Part shown: positions 29,430 through 40,580 of the stretch, in pieces
Layout of the letters: every line of letters starts with the position of its first letter
How positions within the stretch are numbered: the stretch's first letter is position 1
Origin: Nitrospirota bacterium
Lineage (GTDB): Bacteria > Nitrospirota > Nitrospiria > Nitrospirales > NS-4
Assembly: GCA_963788195.1 (NCBI GenBank)
Contig: CAWBGA010000013.1
Coordinates: forward strand, 1 to 64,000
Direction of reading: 5' to 3'
DNA: 64,000 nucleotides
The notes under the pieces: model-generated
The model's database searches: none
What the model was told of the DNA's origin: nothing
Seen by the model: the letters and a program-made list of their open reading frames with translations, nothing else
Translations under genes and position numbers: made by a program

Positions 29430-31998
29430 GTGCCAAAGGGTCACAAAGACCTGAGCATCGACGGGAGGGTGATCGCACTCACCAACCCGGACAAAGTGCT
29501 CTACCCCGTCGGTTTCACGAAAGCCCAGGTTATCGACTATTACCTGCGGGTCGCCGAATTTATCCTGCCTCATCTCAAGGATCGACCTGTCACGTTAAAG
29601 CGCTATCCCGACGGGGTCACGGGCGGATTTTTCTATGAGAAGCGTGCACCGCGTTTTACGCCGGAGTGGGTGAAGACCTTCCCGGTTCCGCGGCGCGATG
29701 GCGGAGCGCCAATCAAGTACATTTTGATCAATGATATTTCGACGCTGGCATGGACGGCAAATCTTGCCAATCTTGAGATTCACCCATTCTTACATCGCGT
29801 CCCAAAGATTCATTCGCCAACGGCGATCGTGTTCGATCTGGACCCCGGAGAGCGCGCGGATGTGTTGAATTGTGCAGAAGTGGCCTTGTTACTAAGAGAT
29901 CTATTCGCGCAATTGGATCTGCAATCATTCGTCAAAGTGTCAGGCTCAAAAGGCCTGCAGCTCTATGTGCCCCTCAATTCTTCTGCGACGTATGAGGTGA
30001 CCGAGGCGTTTGCGCACACCGTCGCACAACTCCTGGAAGAGCAGCACCCGAAGCTCGCTGTTTCTGAGATGGCCAAGCAAAAGCGCGCGGGGAGGGTCTT
30101 TATCGACTGGAGTCAGAATTCGGAACACAAAACTACAGTGAGCGTATATTCCTTGAGAGCAAAGCATGACCGTCCCTACGTCTCCATGCCCGTGACGTGG
30201 GAGGAACTCGACCGCCGCGCTCGGAAAAAAGGACATCCAACGTCTCTTTTTTGAACCTGAAGCGGCGCTCAAACGTCTGACGAAGATGGGCGATCTCTTT
30301 GCTCCGGTGCTCACCCTCAAGCAACAGTTGCCCTCATCCCTTGGGGGAAATAAACGAAGCACATCACGCGCGAAGACTCAGACGGCTCCCGCGCTTCAGG
30401 AATATCGAGATAAGCGCGACTTCTTGAAGACGCCGGAACCCCGGCCGATCGTCCCCAGAGAACGAACCGAAGGTGGACGCAGGCCCTTTGTGGTTCAAAA
30501 ACACGCCGCCAGCCGCCTGCACTATGATTTTCGGTTAGAGATGCAAGGTGTGCTCAAATCGTGGGCAGTTCCGAAAGGAATCCCGCTTGCATCTGGTGAA
30601 AAACGCCTGGCAGTGGCTACAGAAGATCATCCCGTGGATTATCTCAAGTTCGAGGGCACAATTCCGAAAGGCCAGTACGGTGGCGGCACCGTCATGGTCT
30701 GGGACATCGGCACCTACCAAGTTCTTGACGGCGACTATGACAAGGGAAAGCTCAAGATATCTTTGGAAGGAAAGAAACTCAAAGGCGAATGGACCCTGGT
30801 GAAGGCCGCTGCCCAAGGAGAGAAGAATTGGCTGATTATCAAAACAGGCGCCGCCATGCCGACGCCCGGAAAATCTCGAGCCGATTCATCTGCGCTGACG
30901 AATCGCAGTATGGAGCAGATCGCCAAGGACAATAATGCGACATGGCACAGCAACCGATCCCCACCGGACTCCTCGCGGAAGAGCCTGACGCTGAATCCTG
31001 CCCTGCCCCGACTTCCCAACGTCGATTGGACGGCCTTGCCAAAAGCCGAGATAGAGTTTGTGGAACCGATGCTGTGCGCGACCACGGACGAGCTTCCGGA
31101 AGGTCCCACATGGCAATACGAAATCAAGTTAGACGGCTACCGCGCAATCGCGCTCAAAACCGCGACAGGGGTAAAGCTGCTGTCCCGCCGAAACAATTCA
31201 TTGAACGGGCGATTCCCTGAAATTGTGCAGGCATTGGCGTCGCTTCCCAATGATACGATCCTGGATGGCGAAGTCGTTGCGCTCGATAAGCATGGCCGTG
31301 GATCCTTTAGCCTGCTCCAGCATTCTCAAGGTCAGGCCGCGAGAATCGTCTTTTATGCGTTCGATTGCCTCGCATATCAGGGCAAAAGTCTGCAGGCACA
31401 ACCGCTCGAACTGCGTCGAGCCGTACTGCAAGCCGCCCTCAAGGCCACTCATGATCCTGTGCGCTTTTCCGAGACCTGGAACGCAAGGCCGGCGGCGCTC
31501 ATTACCGCCGCGAAAGAGCATGGCGTTGAAGGGTTAATCGCCAAGCGGACCGGCAGCGTGTACGAACCGGGACAGCGAAGCGGGGCCTGGGTGAAATATA
31601 AACTGAACCAAGGACAGGAATTGGTCGTCGGCGGCTATGTGCCCAGTAAGCATGACTTTGACGCGCTGCTGGTCGGCTATTATGACAATGACAAACTCTT
31701 ATTTGTCGGGAAGATTCGAAACGGGTTTGTACCTCACGTGAAAGCGCAGGTGTTTCAGCGGTTCAAGGGATTGGAAACAGACGTGTGCCCCTTTGCGAAC
31801 CTGCCGGAACCAAAGAATGCCCGCCGTGGGATCGCGTTGACCGCAGACGCCATGAAAGAGTGTCGTTGGCTCAAGCCCAAGTTGGTCGCGCAGGTCGAGT
31901 TCACCGAATGGACCTCGAACAATCACCTCCGTCATGCCAAATTTGTGGCATTGCGAGACGATAAAGATCCCCGCGATGTCACGAAGGACGCTATCTAG
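29430..31998 (+). CDS. ligD: DNA ligase D (polymerase - phosphoesterase - ligase), frameshift near 30215
   Basis: POL: LTNPDKVLYP, FDLDP, SGSKGLQ. PE: VVQKHAASRLHYDFRLE, SWAVPKG. LIG: EIKLDGYR, EGLIAK, WVKYK. Confidence 0.93.
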
Positions 31999-32102
31999 CC
32001 ACCGCCCATACTGTCAGCTTTTTTAACATCGCCAGAATTTCGCATGCCATCGTGGCAGTTGAATCCGTGTATTAATCCGGACTTTGTTCTGAGGCCCGCA
32101 AA

Positions 32103-32537
32103 TTGCTTACTAGTAGAGGCCGTGTGAAATATCTCCTCTCATTAGCGCTCTTTCTATTGATGCTGGCCATTGCACCCGCCCAGCCCTGGAATCATTTCGA
32201 CCCCTTGCAAGTGAAGAGCAAGGGGTACCCCGGACAGATTCCTTGCCCATGCACCCGCCCAGCCCTGGAGTCTGCCGGGACAGACTCCTTGCCCCTTGTG
32301 GGTCTGCAGGTCCAGGGCAATCAGTTACCAGGCATTTGGACGTGCAAGGATAAAAATGGTGACACGGTCTTTAGCAATCGAACCTGGCAATATGGGGAAT
32401 GTCGGCCGTACGTGGCTTCTCCAGGACTGCGAGAAGACTTCCTTGAGGAAATGCTTCTTAAGAGGAAGCAACACACCCCACAACACGTAATTCCAGATCA
32501 ATCAAACCCGAAGAGCAATGTGATCGGGCCTTTGTGA
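32103..32537 (+). CDS. Exported hypothetical protein
   Basis: Signal peptide; IWTCKDKNGDTVFSN resembles a DUF4124-type motif. Confidence 0.5.
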   Translation: MLTSRGRVKYLLSLALFLLMLAIAPAQPWNHFDPLQVKSKGYPGQIPCPCTRPALESAGTDSLPLVGLQVQGNQLPGIWTCKDKNGDTVFSNRTWQYGECRPYVASPGLREDFLEEMLLKRKQHTPQHVIPDQSNPKSNVIGPL

Positions 32538-32688
32538 CAGGACGAAGCTCCCACCAGCCTCAGTAAATAGATACGGTTCGCCAGTTCCATCTGCTGACGT
32601 GTCGAGCGGAGTTCCATCTGGATTGGAAAAGCGCGGCGTTTATGCTCCTTCCCAATCGGGATAACGAAGCGAGGCAGGGTTTAATAAA

Positions 32689-33120
32689 CTAGTCTCTCGT
32701 CATTGTCTTCTCTTCCCATCGGCTTGGTTCTATCAGTTCCAATCGAAGGTCTTCCGCGTCTGTACTACATCCCTGGGTCGGCGCGAGCAAAAAGTCAGTA
32801 TCCCAAAAGTACAACTCCACGAGAGCATCGAAGTCGATCTCGCGAAGTTTGAACTCGCCGACGGGGCGCCAGCCTTTCGGAGCAGCAGGCGCAAGATCAT
32901 TGTGGATCACACAATAATTCTGCAGCACCTCATAAAGAAGCAACCAATGATAATCTGTCGGGCGATAGACAATAGGGTCTCGAATCGCGCAGTACAGCTG
33001 CGTCAGGATATCGAAGCAAGTGTCGGCAGTAAAATACCTGGAGCTTTCCGGATAGCAGCCTTCCCATAAATCGAGATCAGTATCAGCAAAGCCCTTGATG
33101 CTCTCGCACTCGCTTTCCAA
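32689..33120 (-). CDS. Hypothetical protein; start uncertain
   Basis: 143-aa acidic, natural-looking ORF. Confidence 0.5.
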   Translation of the reverse strand: MESECESIKGFADTDLDLWEGCYPESSRYFTADTCFDILTQLYCAIRDPIVYRPTDYHWLLLYEVLQNYCVIHNDLAPAAPKGWRPVGEFKLREIDFDALVELYFWDTDFLLAPTQGCSTDAEDLRLELIEPSRWEEKTMTRD

Positions 33121-33290
33121 CGCGGCGTGAAGAATGGCTATGAAGACGGCGTCCGGCTTGTGCAGAGAAGTACAGCATTGTCGGAAAATTCTACAATGTT
33201 AGCGCGTAAATGTGTATGCAAACCCGAATACCGTTGTGCGCCGAGAGATTGGTCCGCTTCGGCGAGATTGGTGGTGAGTAATCAGCCGAC

Positions 33291-34016
33291 TTACCGCGAA
33301 TGATAGCTCGCTCGGACGAAACGCAAAGTAGACCACTCGTGCTCCGCCGACACGGGATTGTTGGCCGCGTCGAACACCCTGACGACGTCGAAATCGGCCG
33401 AGTTAACGAAATCATTCTGCACGATCAACACGCTGGAAGCAGCCGTGGCTGGCCCCTTGTTCACCTCCGTGATGAGAAGGAGCTGATCGCGATCGGTTCG
33501 CCGAATGTGAAGGTGAAAGGTCGCTGAGGTAGAACCCGGATGGGTCGGTAGAGGCACACACTTCGAGGACCCGGCCGCCGATCTGATTCCACGCAGTTCA
33601 CGGAACAGGTTGACGCCGACGGCAACGGATGGCAAGGCGTCAGCCGGACTGCTCGTGAGCATCCGCCCGTGGAGGTTAATCCCGAGCTGTAGGGTGCCTG
33701 TTCCCGTTCCTCCGGTGATCGTCACATAGTCGAGGAAGTCCGCGGAGGCAGTACCGATGGGTGCGCCCGAAACTCCCCGGGTTCCCGGGGCTGAACCTGG
33801 ATGTTGACGCCGGGTCCCAGTGGAAACCTCCGATCCGTAATAGCCGCTCGTGTGTCCCAAAGTGCGTCGTCGGATTGCTCTCCTGATACGGATGTCGTCA
33901 AGGTCTGGGGTGGTGAGGGTTCGATTAGAGGAATTTAATCCTCGGAAACGCCATGCAGGGGGGTTGACATTTGGCCGGTGGGAATTATGTACCAGGCAAA
34001 AGTTGGTCGGGGCCAA
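33291..34016 (-). pseudogene. Fragment of a beta-rich secreted-type protein
   Basis: Protein-like segments (DYVTITGGTGTGTLQLGINLHG, NDFVNSADFDVVRVFDAANNPV) mixed with out-of-frame-looking stretches; no convincing start. Confidence 0.3.
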
Positions 34017-34048
34017 CGCGAGGCCCCCAGCAAAAAGGAGGCAAACAG

Positions 34049-34507
34049 ATGGCTAATGACATATCGCGGTGGGATCCGTTGAAAGAATTGGATCAGCTCC
34101 AGAGTAGGCTCTCAACTTTGTTTGGACGAAGCGCGCTGCGAAACAACGGCGAGAAAGAAGAGACGATGACAGTCGCCGAATGGGCGCCTCTGGTGGACAT
34201 TGCGGAAGACGACAATGAATATTTGATCAACGTCGAAATCCCTGAGATCCAGAAAGAAAACGTGAGAGTGACCGTGAATCAGGGTGTGATGAGCATACAA
34301 GGTGAGCGCACGTTTGAACAACCCGAGAACGGCAAAAAGTACCACCGAGTGGAGCGGGCGTATGGACGCTTCTCGCGTAGCTTTACCTTGCCTGACTATG
34401 TCGATGGAAACCGAATTACAGCGGATTTCAAGGAGGGTGTGTTACGGGTTCATGTGCCCAAGTCTGAGCAAGCAAAGCCAAAGAGTATTCAAGTAAAGAT
34501 CGCGTAA
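34049..34507 (+). CDS. Hsp20/alpha-crystallin small heat-shock protein
   Basis: WAPLVDIAE, ERAYGRFSRSFTLP, FKEGVLRVHVPK; AAGGAGG RBS; TTGACA at 33964. Confidence 0.95.
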   Translation: MANDISRWDPLKELDQLQSRLSTLFGRSALRNNGEKEETMTVAEWAPLVDIAEDDNEYLINVEIPEIQKENVRVTVNQGVMSIQGERTFEQPENGKKYHRVERAYGRFSRSFTLPDYVDGNRITADFKEGVLRVHVPKSEQAKPKSIQVKIA

Positions 34508-34520
34508 TCAGGAGCCGATC

Positions 34521-34550
34521 AGGGAGCCAGGCCAGCCTTCCTGGCTCCCT
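34521..34550 (+). terminator. Hairpin downstream of hsp20
   Basis: AGGGAGCCAGG..CCTGGCTCCCT 11-bp stem; no U tract. Confidence 0.45.
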
Positions 34551-34617
34551 GCCCGGGTAAGGCATTACGTGCGTGGAGTTTCCGGAATCGCTAATTTTTT
34601 TGTCCGACAGAACTGCC

Positions 34618-35025
34618 ATGAATAAGCTGCATGTCACTTCTCTCCCAGTAAATACATCCAACGAGGACCTCCGCGCTATCTTTGAGCGAATAGGCCCCGT
34701 TCTAACCGCCAAAGTCGTAAGCGATCGCGATGGCAGTTGCGTCATGGGGGTCGTGGAGATGTCTTGTGCCGAAGATGTCGAAGAAATTCTTACGAGCAAT
34801 GATCGCATCTCTATCGGCGGGCGACGACCCGTCATCTGGAAGGTTGAGGAACCGACAATTGCACGACGGATTAAGGCAAAATACTCTGGTGTCCATCTCG
34901 AAGAATGCAAGGGACGGTGGTATGTGTTTGAGGTAAGTGACGGCCGTTTGTTATGGTGTCGCATGCTCCCCAAACACGAAGCACTGGAATTCTACAGGCA
35001 ACACGTCAATAGCCCACAGGCGTGA
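34618..35025 (+). CDS. RRM-like RNA-binding protein
   Basis: KLHVTSLP..EDLRAIFERIGPVLTAKVVSDRDG..GVVEM resembles RNP2/RNP1. Confidence 0.7.
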   Translation: MNKLHVTSLPVNTSNEDLRAIFERIGPVLTAKVVSDRDGSCVMGVVEMSCAEDVEEILTSNDRISIGGRRPVIWKVEEPTIARRIKAKYSGVHLEECKGRWYVFEVSDGRLLWCRMLPKHEALEFYRQHVNSPQA

Positions 35026-35115
35026 CCACCGCCATCCTGACCGTGTTCGAGCCATATTCGTACTTAGCAAGCCTATCAACCGGCGGATGGCGGGACTCGC
35101 GTGTACCAGTGATGT

Positions 35116-35393
35116 CAGGGTGTATTGAGCATCCAAGGTGAGCGAATATTTGAACAACCTGAGACGGCAAAAAGTACCCACCCCGGTGGAGCGGGCATAC
35201 GGCGTTTCTCGCGCAGCTGTACCTTGCCTGACTACGTCGATGGAAACCGAATTCCACCGGATTTCAAGACGGGGTCTTATGCGTTCATCGTGCCGAAGTT
35301 GGAACTAGCAAAACCGAAAAGAAATTCAGGTGAAAATCGCATAATACGGCGAGCCTTCCGGGAGTCAGGCCCGAGCCTTGCGGGCCTGGCTCC
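35116..35393 (+). pseudogene. Degenerate duplicate of the hsp20 3' half and its downstream hairpin
   Basis: Aligns by eye to 34280-34550 (shared ACCTTGCCTGACTA.GTCGATGGAAACCGAATT); has indels and no 5' half. Confidence 0.85.
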
Positions 35394-35620
35394 ACCTGCT
35401 ACAAAGGTTGTTGTGCTCTGACGCTGCCTCTAATTCGGAAGGTGAAGGCCGCCTACCTTTCAGCGCTCTCATTTTTTCTGCTGGCAGCATCAGAAGGCGG
35501 CTAAAGAACACAGTGTTCACACATCGCGGGGCTACCGCGGCCGTCACTTCTATGGATGGCCGCTGGCGTAGTGCCCTCGCGGAACGAGCATGTTTACAAC
35601 CTCAAACGTTGAGAGTTTGC

Positions 35621-36190
35621 TTAACCGTGCTTCTTAGCGGGCTTGACGGTCCGTTCCGCAGCGTTGGCTGGGCTGTCTCCATCGCCATTACTTTTGGCAA
35701 CCATCTTGGCTTCGGCAGGAACGGCAACCCCGCCCCGCGTCAACGCTTCTTTCCTTTGAAGCATTTTGTCGCCCAAGGCGTCAAGATCGATGTCCGTTGC
35801 CTTCGCCTTGGGAAGCATTTCGCTCTCTTCTTCTTTAATGTGGTGTCGGACGTTTTCAGCCAACACCGTGAACTTCGCGTCATAGTGGCTCTCAGTGCCG
35901 TCCATATCTTCTAATTCGGCAATCAAGACCTTGGCCACATGATGTTCCTCATCCGCTTCGTTCATGATCCCCTCGTTATCATTAATCTCTTTCCGGACCG
36001 CAGGATAGAAGATTTCTTCTTCAAGGGTCGCGTGAATGCTCAGCTCTTTGAGTGTCGTACGTACAATCTTGTTCTTGGTCCTGCGATCCTTCGCGTCTTC
36101 AAACTGATCAAACAAGTCCTTCACTTTCTTATGGTCTTCTTTGAGACTGGCAATTGCATTCATGCTCTTCGTTGACGTGATATCAGACAT
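35621..36190 (-). CDS. Hemerythrin-domain protein
   Basis: LKEDHKKV, HATLEEEIFYP, EEHHVAK, HHIKEEE; AAGGAGG RBS. Confidence 0.9.
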   Translation of the reverse strand: MSDITSTKSMNAIASLKEDHKKVKDLFDQFEDAKDRRTKNKIVRTTLKELSIHATLEEEIFYPAVRKEINDNEGIMNEADEEHHVAKVLIAELEDMDGTESHYDAKFTVLAENVRHHIKEEESEMLPKAKATDIDLDALGDKMLQRKEALTRGGVAVPAEAKMVAKSNGDGDSPANAAERTVKPAKKHG

Positions 36191-36393
36191 AAACCTCCTT
36201 GAACTCACAATCCATTCATAATAGCCAGGACCCATCAGCGGAGCCGTTTTGCCACGGCTCCTTTCCCCAAAATTCTCTCGTCGCTCAACGCCCCACGCCG
36301 AAAAGAAAAAGCAGAAGAATCAAACTCAACGGCACACCAAGCAGCCACAACAGGATTAGCGGCACTTCAATACCTCCTTATACTGATGGTTCC

Positions 36394-36966
36394 TTAATTC
36401 ATTACTTTCCGCGTTGTGGTGGATTGCTCCCCCCGCCTATACCAAGGACTCATCGGCTCACCGGATGCCATCCAGCCCCCGATGACTGAGCCCGCCAAGC
36501 CGATTAGCAGCGCCGCGACCGCACCTAAAGCATTGGCACTGACAACCGCTGCAGCATCGGGATTAATGGAACGAGATACTGCCCAGCTAGGAGTTCCAGC
36601 AAGCCCGCTGTACCAACCGCCAAAAAAGGTACCAGCCCCCAGAGCGGCCAGTACTAGCAACATTGGCACGGTCAGAAGCCAAACGACTCCTCCATGTAGG
36701 ATGGCAAGTTCTGCTTGCCGATAGCCGGCTAGTTTGTTTGTAACCCAAGCGCCAATCACAAAAGAGAAGAATGCGCCACACACACTAAAGATGAGCGCTC
36801 CCATTCCTAATTCCCTAACGTTAGCGAGATGCCCACCAACCTTGTGGGCGCCGATAGCAATTCCGGCCAAGCCAAAAATCAGCGCCATGGCCAACGCTGC
36901 CAAAGCCCCTACCCAGACGGCGTTCCAAGCAATGGGCCATTCCATTTTGAGATTGTCATTTGTCAT
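36394..36966 (-). CDS. Hypothetical integral membrane protein
   Basis: IAWNAVWVG..HGGVVW; four or more TM helices. Confidence 0.75.
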   Translation of the reverse strand: MTNDNLKMEWPIAWNAVWVGALAALAMALIFGLAGIAIGAHKVGGHLANVRELGMGALIFSVCGAFFSFVIGAWVTNKLAGYRQAELAILHGGVVWLLTVPMLLVLAALGAGTFFGGWYSGLAGTPSWAVSRSINPDAAAVVSANALGAVAALLIGLAGSVIGGWMASGEPMSPWYRRGEQSTTTRKVMN

Positions 36967-37292
36967 CGCAACTGTTTACCTTTCCTGTACTTGTATCTAT
37001 TCCAGCGCCATGGAGACCTTTGTGAGGCATTTCTTACTATCATGCCATCTGTCTTATATTACGCACAGGAGCTTTCGCGTCCTATTGCCCTAAGTTGGGG
37101 GAAGATTCGCTACAAGTGCTATAACACTGATTTCAGAATGCATAGCGTCTTCATAAACGAAGACGAAGGACTTCACAGGTTGCATTTTGACTGGGCTGAG
37201 GGAAATGACACCGCCCACCGAGATCTCGGAACTCACATAAGAAGGGTTTCCCTGCCGGACAGATAAAGGAGAATATTACTTGCGGGAAGTAG

Positions 37293-37339
37293 TGGTGGCG
37301 GTGCCCCGGATTGAACGGGGGACCGCGGCTTATGAGTCC
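37293..37339 (-). repeat. att-like direct repeat of the tRNA-Met 3' half
   Basis: TGGTGGCGGTGCCCCGGATTGAACGGGGGACCGCGGCTTATGAGTCC matches 40581-40628 apart from one missing C. Confidence 0.95.
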
Positions 37340-37958
37340 CCTTACTCAATTCAACAGCGGGCGAAAGAGTACCACTCGAAGCGTTAGGACTCAACGGTTT
37401 AGCCTCGAATAAGGCTACGGCAGGACTCACCCTAACACGCTATACCATTCTAATTGTGACCCGCAACCTCGCCCAGGCGCATCTGATCGCCGACTTTGCG
37501 GCACTATTTTGGGTTCAAAACGGTTCCGGGCGACTGACGAATTCGGTACAGCCAAGGAATTCTTTGAGTCCCCCCGCGAGATACTAACCACTGCCTATGT
37601 TTCCGGCATGAGAGGGTGAAGCCACGTTTCGAGACTGGTGCGCCGCGTGTCAAGACCCTTCTGTAGCGTGTACGTTTTCTTTCGTTGAATGGAACGAAAT
37701 TCACTAAACCTGTAGAAAAAAAATAAGGAAGCCGATGAACGTTTAACGCTGCTCTGCGCATGTATGGCGTGACGGCGGAAAAAATGCGTCGGGCAACCTT
37801 CAGAATTCTAGGAGGTATAGATCGAGATCAAGTATCCCCACCGGGCAGAACGGTAAGAGGCTCCCAACCTCTTCGTCCAGTACCAGAAGGACATGACATT
37901 TTATCAACACGCAGGATGATGGCATCAAGCTGTCTCAAAAACAGTTATAGGAGGTCGT

Positions 37959-40142
37959 ATGTTGTGCTTCCGTCAAGTTGTGACCGTCGAGGATCTACGA
38001 GAAAAGATCAGGTTGTCGATCGTGGCGTCTTCAGTAGTCTTGTCTCTATTCATATCTGGTTTGACTGTCCCAGTTCCCGTAGCCGCGGAGGGAAAGACCG
38101 ACAAAAAGGTCAGCATGGCTCCCCGTGACGCGAAAGAACCCGGCGTGGCCGAAGGCGATTTTTTGACCACCAATCAGGGGGTACGGATGGGCGATGACGA
38201 CAACTCGCTCAAAGCTGGCGCGCGCGGGCCCACGTTAATGGAGGATTTTCACTTCCGTGAAAAAATCACCCACTTCGACCATGAGCGCATACCGGAACGC
38301 GTTGTCCATGCGCGGGGATCCGGTGCCCATGGCTATTTTCAGGTCTATGAATCGATGGCGCGATATACCAAAGCCCAAGTTCTCCAAGATCCTTCCGTGA
38401 AGACACCGGTATTCGTTCGATTCTCCACCGTGAACGGTTCTCGGGGCTCGGGCGACACTGTTCGCGATGCACGCGGCTTCGCCACAAAATTCTATACAAA
38501 AGAAGGCGTCTGGGACTTGGTGGGCAATAACATCCCGGTGTTCTTTATCCAGGACGCCATCAAATTTCCCGATCTGGTCCACGCCTTTAAGCCTGAAGCG
38601 GACAATGAAATACCACAGGCATCCACAGCGCATGACACGTTTTGGGATTTCATTTCGCTGACGCCGGAATCTATGCACATGATCATGTGGATCATGTCCG
38701 ACCGGGCCATTCCACGCAGTTTCCGCATGATGGAAGGGTTTGGTGTTAATACCTTCCGTTTCGTAAATGAGCAGGGAAAATCGACATTCGTAAAGTTCCA
38801 CTGGAAGCCCTTGTTGGGTGTTCATTCGCTCGTGTGGGACGAGGCGCAGAAAATATCCGGTAAAGACCCGGATTTCCATCGCCGCGATCTGTGGGACGCG
38901 ATCGAGATGGGCGCGTACCCCGAGTACGAGCTCGGCGTGCAACTGCTGCCGGAGGATGCTCAGGACAAGGTCGGGTTCGATATTTTGGACGCGACCAAAA
39001 TATGGCCAGAGGATGTGGTCCCGGTACAACGTATCGGTAAATTGACGCTCAATCGCAATCCGGATAGTTTCTTTGCGGAAACCGAACAAGTTGCGGTCCA
39101 CCCCGGCCATATAGTCCCCGGAATCGACTTCAGCGACGACCCTCTGCTACAGGGCAGGTTGTTTTCGTATCTCGATACACAGATCAACCGATTCGGCGGC
39201 CCAAACTTTCATCAGCTGCCGATCAATCAGCCAAAATCACCGGTCAACAACCGCCAGCAAGATTCCTTCATGCGCTCCACGAATAGGCCGGGAAAGGCCA
39301 ATTATGAACCCAATTCTTTAGACGATCTGAAGGAAGCGACGAGCAAGCAGGGCGGGTTTGAAAGTTATCCGGCTCCAGTATCAGGTGCCAAACTTCGTGA
39401 GCGCAGCAAGACATTCAGCGACCACTATAGTCAGGCGACACTGTTCTTCAAGAGCTTGACTCCTCCAGAGCAAGATCATCTGATTGCCGCCCTGCAGTTC
39501 GAGCTTGGCAAAGTCTCCAATAAGAAGGTTCAGGAGCGCATGCTCGAGCACCTGGCGAACGTCGATGGCGACATGACCAAGCAGGTAGCGACGTATATCG
39601 GGCTCAAGGCACCCAAAGGGCAGGTCAATATGAAGGTGGTTAAGACGAAGGGGCTGAGCCAGGAGGAAAGCCCAGGAGATACCATCAAAACGCGCAAGAT
39701 TGCGATACTGACCGCAGACGGCGTCAATTCGGCGGATGTGTCGCGCATGCTTTCAGGGATGAAGAAGAACGGGGCGACGGCAGAAGTCATTGCACCGCAC
39801 CTGGGTGAACTGGCCGGCGGTGAGGTAAAAGTTGACAAGACGTATGCTACCGCCGCCTCCGTTCTATATGACGCGGTCTATGTCCCGGGAGGAAAAGAGA
39901 GCGTCAAGCAGCTTGTTGAAGATTATGAAGTTCGACACTTTGTTCGCGAGGCATATAACCACGGAAAAGCGATTGCGGCAAATGGAGAGGGAGCTGAACT
40001 GTTGCAGGCGGCCGGTATAGCGCCGGGGCCTGGGGTGGTGAGCGGAAAGAGTAGTTCCGATTTCACACAGAACTTCGTCGACGCCATCAAGCATCGACAT
40101 TGGAACCGTGTTAAATCGGTGGATAAGGTAAAAAGTAACTAA
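37959..40142 (+). CDS. katE: Large-subunit heme catalase (HPII type) with N-terminal hydrophobic extension
   Basis: [32 protein letters not shown]-terminal DJ-1/GATase-like domain ([15 protein letters not shown]). Confidence 0.95.
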   Translation: MLCFRQVVTVEDLREKIRLSIVASSVVLSLFISGLTVPVPVAAEGKTDKKVSMAPRDAKEPGVAEGDFLTTNQGVRMGDDDNSLKAGARGPTLMEDFHFREKITHFDHERIPERVVHARGSGAHGYFQVYESMARYTKAQVLQDPSVKTPVFVRFSTVNGSRGSGDTVRDARGFATKFYTKEGVWDLVGNNIPVFFIQDAIKFPDLVHAFKPEADNEIPQASTAHDTFWDFISLTPESMHMIMWIMSDRAIPRSFRMMEGFGVNTFRFVNEQGKSTFVKFHWKPLLGVHSLVWDEAQKISGKDPDFHRRDLWDAIEMGAYPEYELGVQLLPEDAQDKVGFDILDATKIWPEDVVPVQRIGKLTLNRNPDSFFAETEQVAVHPGHIVPGIDFSDDPLLQGRLFSYLDTQINRFGGPNFHQLPINQPKSPVNNRQQDSFMRSTNRPGKANYEPNSLDDLKEATSKQGGFESYPAPVSGAKLRERSKTFSDHYSQATLFFKSLTPPEQDHLIAALQFELGKVSNKKVQERMLEHLANVDGDMTKQVATYIGLKAPKGQVNMKVVKTKGLSQEESPGDTIKTRKIAILTADGVNSADVSRMLSGMKKNGATAEVIAPHLGELAGGEVKVDKTYATAASVLYDAVYVPGGKESVKQLVEDYEVRHFVREAYNHGKAIAANGEGAELLQAAGIAPGPGVVSGKSSSDFTQNFVDAIKHRHWNRVKSVDKVKSN

Positions 40143-40170
40143 GCACGCGGTAGATTGTGCTTCAGGTCTC

Positions 40171-40211
40171 GCGGCGGTGGGCCTTCGCACGGCCCGCCGC
40201 CCCGGTCCTTT
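40171..40211 (+). terminator. Probable terminator hairpin after katE
   Basis: GCGGTGGGCC..GGCCCGCCGC stem followed by a short T run. Confidence 0.4.
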
Positions 40212-40415
40212 CAGCTTGAGTTGTTCGGCGCTAATGGCGCACGTCCGAATCCAAATAACCGTTCAACGGTTTTGTCCGCGCACCGTCTTTCATCGAGCAA
40301 ACGATCGGCGTCATTTCTCTGCTCATCTGTTTCTCGGTTTCCTATTGTCACCCGAGGTAGACTCGCATCGCGAGATCGAGCGCGACGCATTCGGAGAGTT
40401 TCTTGATCGGTCGTT

Positions 40416-40498
40416 AGCAGCATCCAAAGTCACCATGGATACCTATGGCCATTTGTGCTCAAGCCGGGACAGCGGCTGGCCAATAAGCTGGATGATGA
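40416..40498 (+). pseudogene. Tyrosine integrase C-terminal remnant
   Basis: SSIQ/VTMDTYGHL..QRLANKLD resembles the catalytic-Tyr end of phage integrases; about 80 bp from the tRNA 3' end. Confidence 0.6.
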
Positions 40499-40580
40499 GC
40501 CGGGAGAGTGTGAAATGGCACCCAGGCGCACCATGGAGGAGAGACGCAAGAGCAGGGGAGTTATAAGTCGCGGAATGATT

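Noticed and set aside
30210..30260. Programmed -1 frameshift at AAAAAAG in ligD
   Set aside because: The heptamer is out of phase and a +1 shift is needed; removing one base near 30215 restores a sensible LDRALGKKDIQRLFFEP junction.
33930..34048. CIRCE or ROSE element upstream of hsp20
   Set aside because: No TTAGCACTC-N9-GAGTGCTAA and no recognisable ROSE hairpin.
14600..37292. Prophage or intact ICE
   Set aside because: No phage structural, conjugation, intact integrase or transposase genes recognised.
37293..37339. Second tRNA gene
   Set aside because: Only the anticodon arm to CCA is present; the D arm and 5' acceptor strand are missing.
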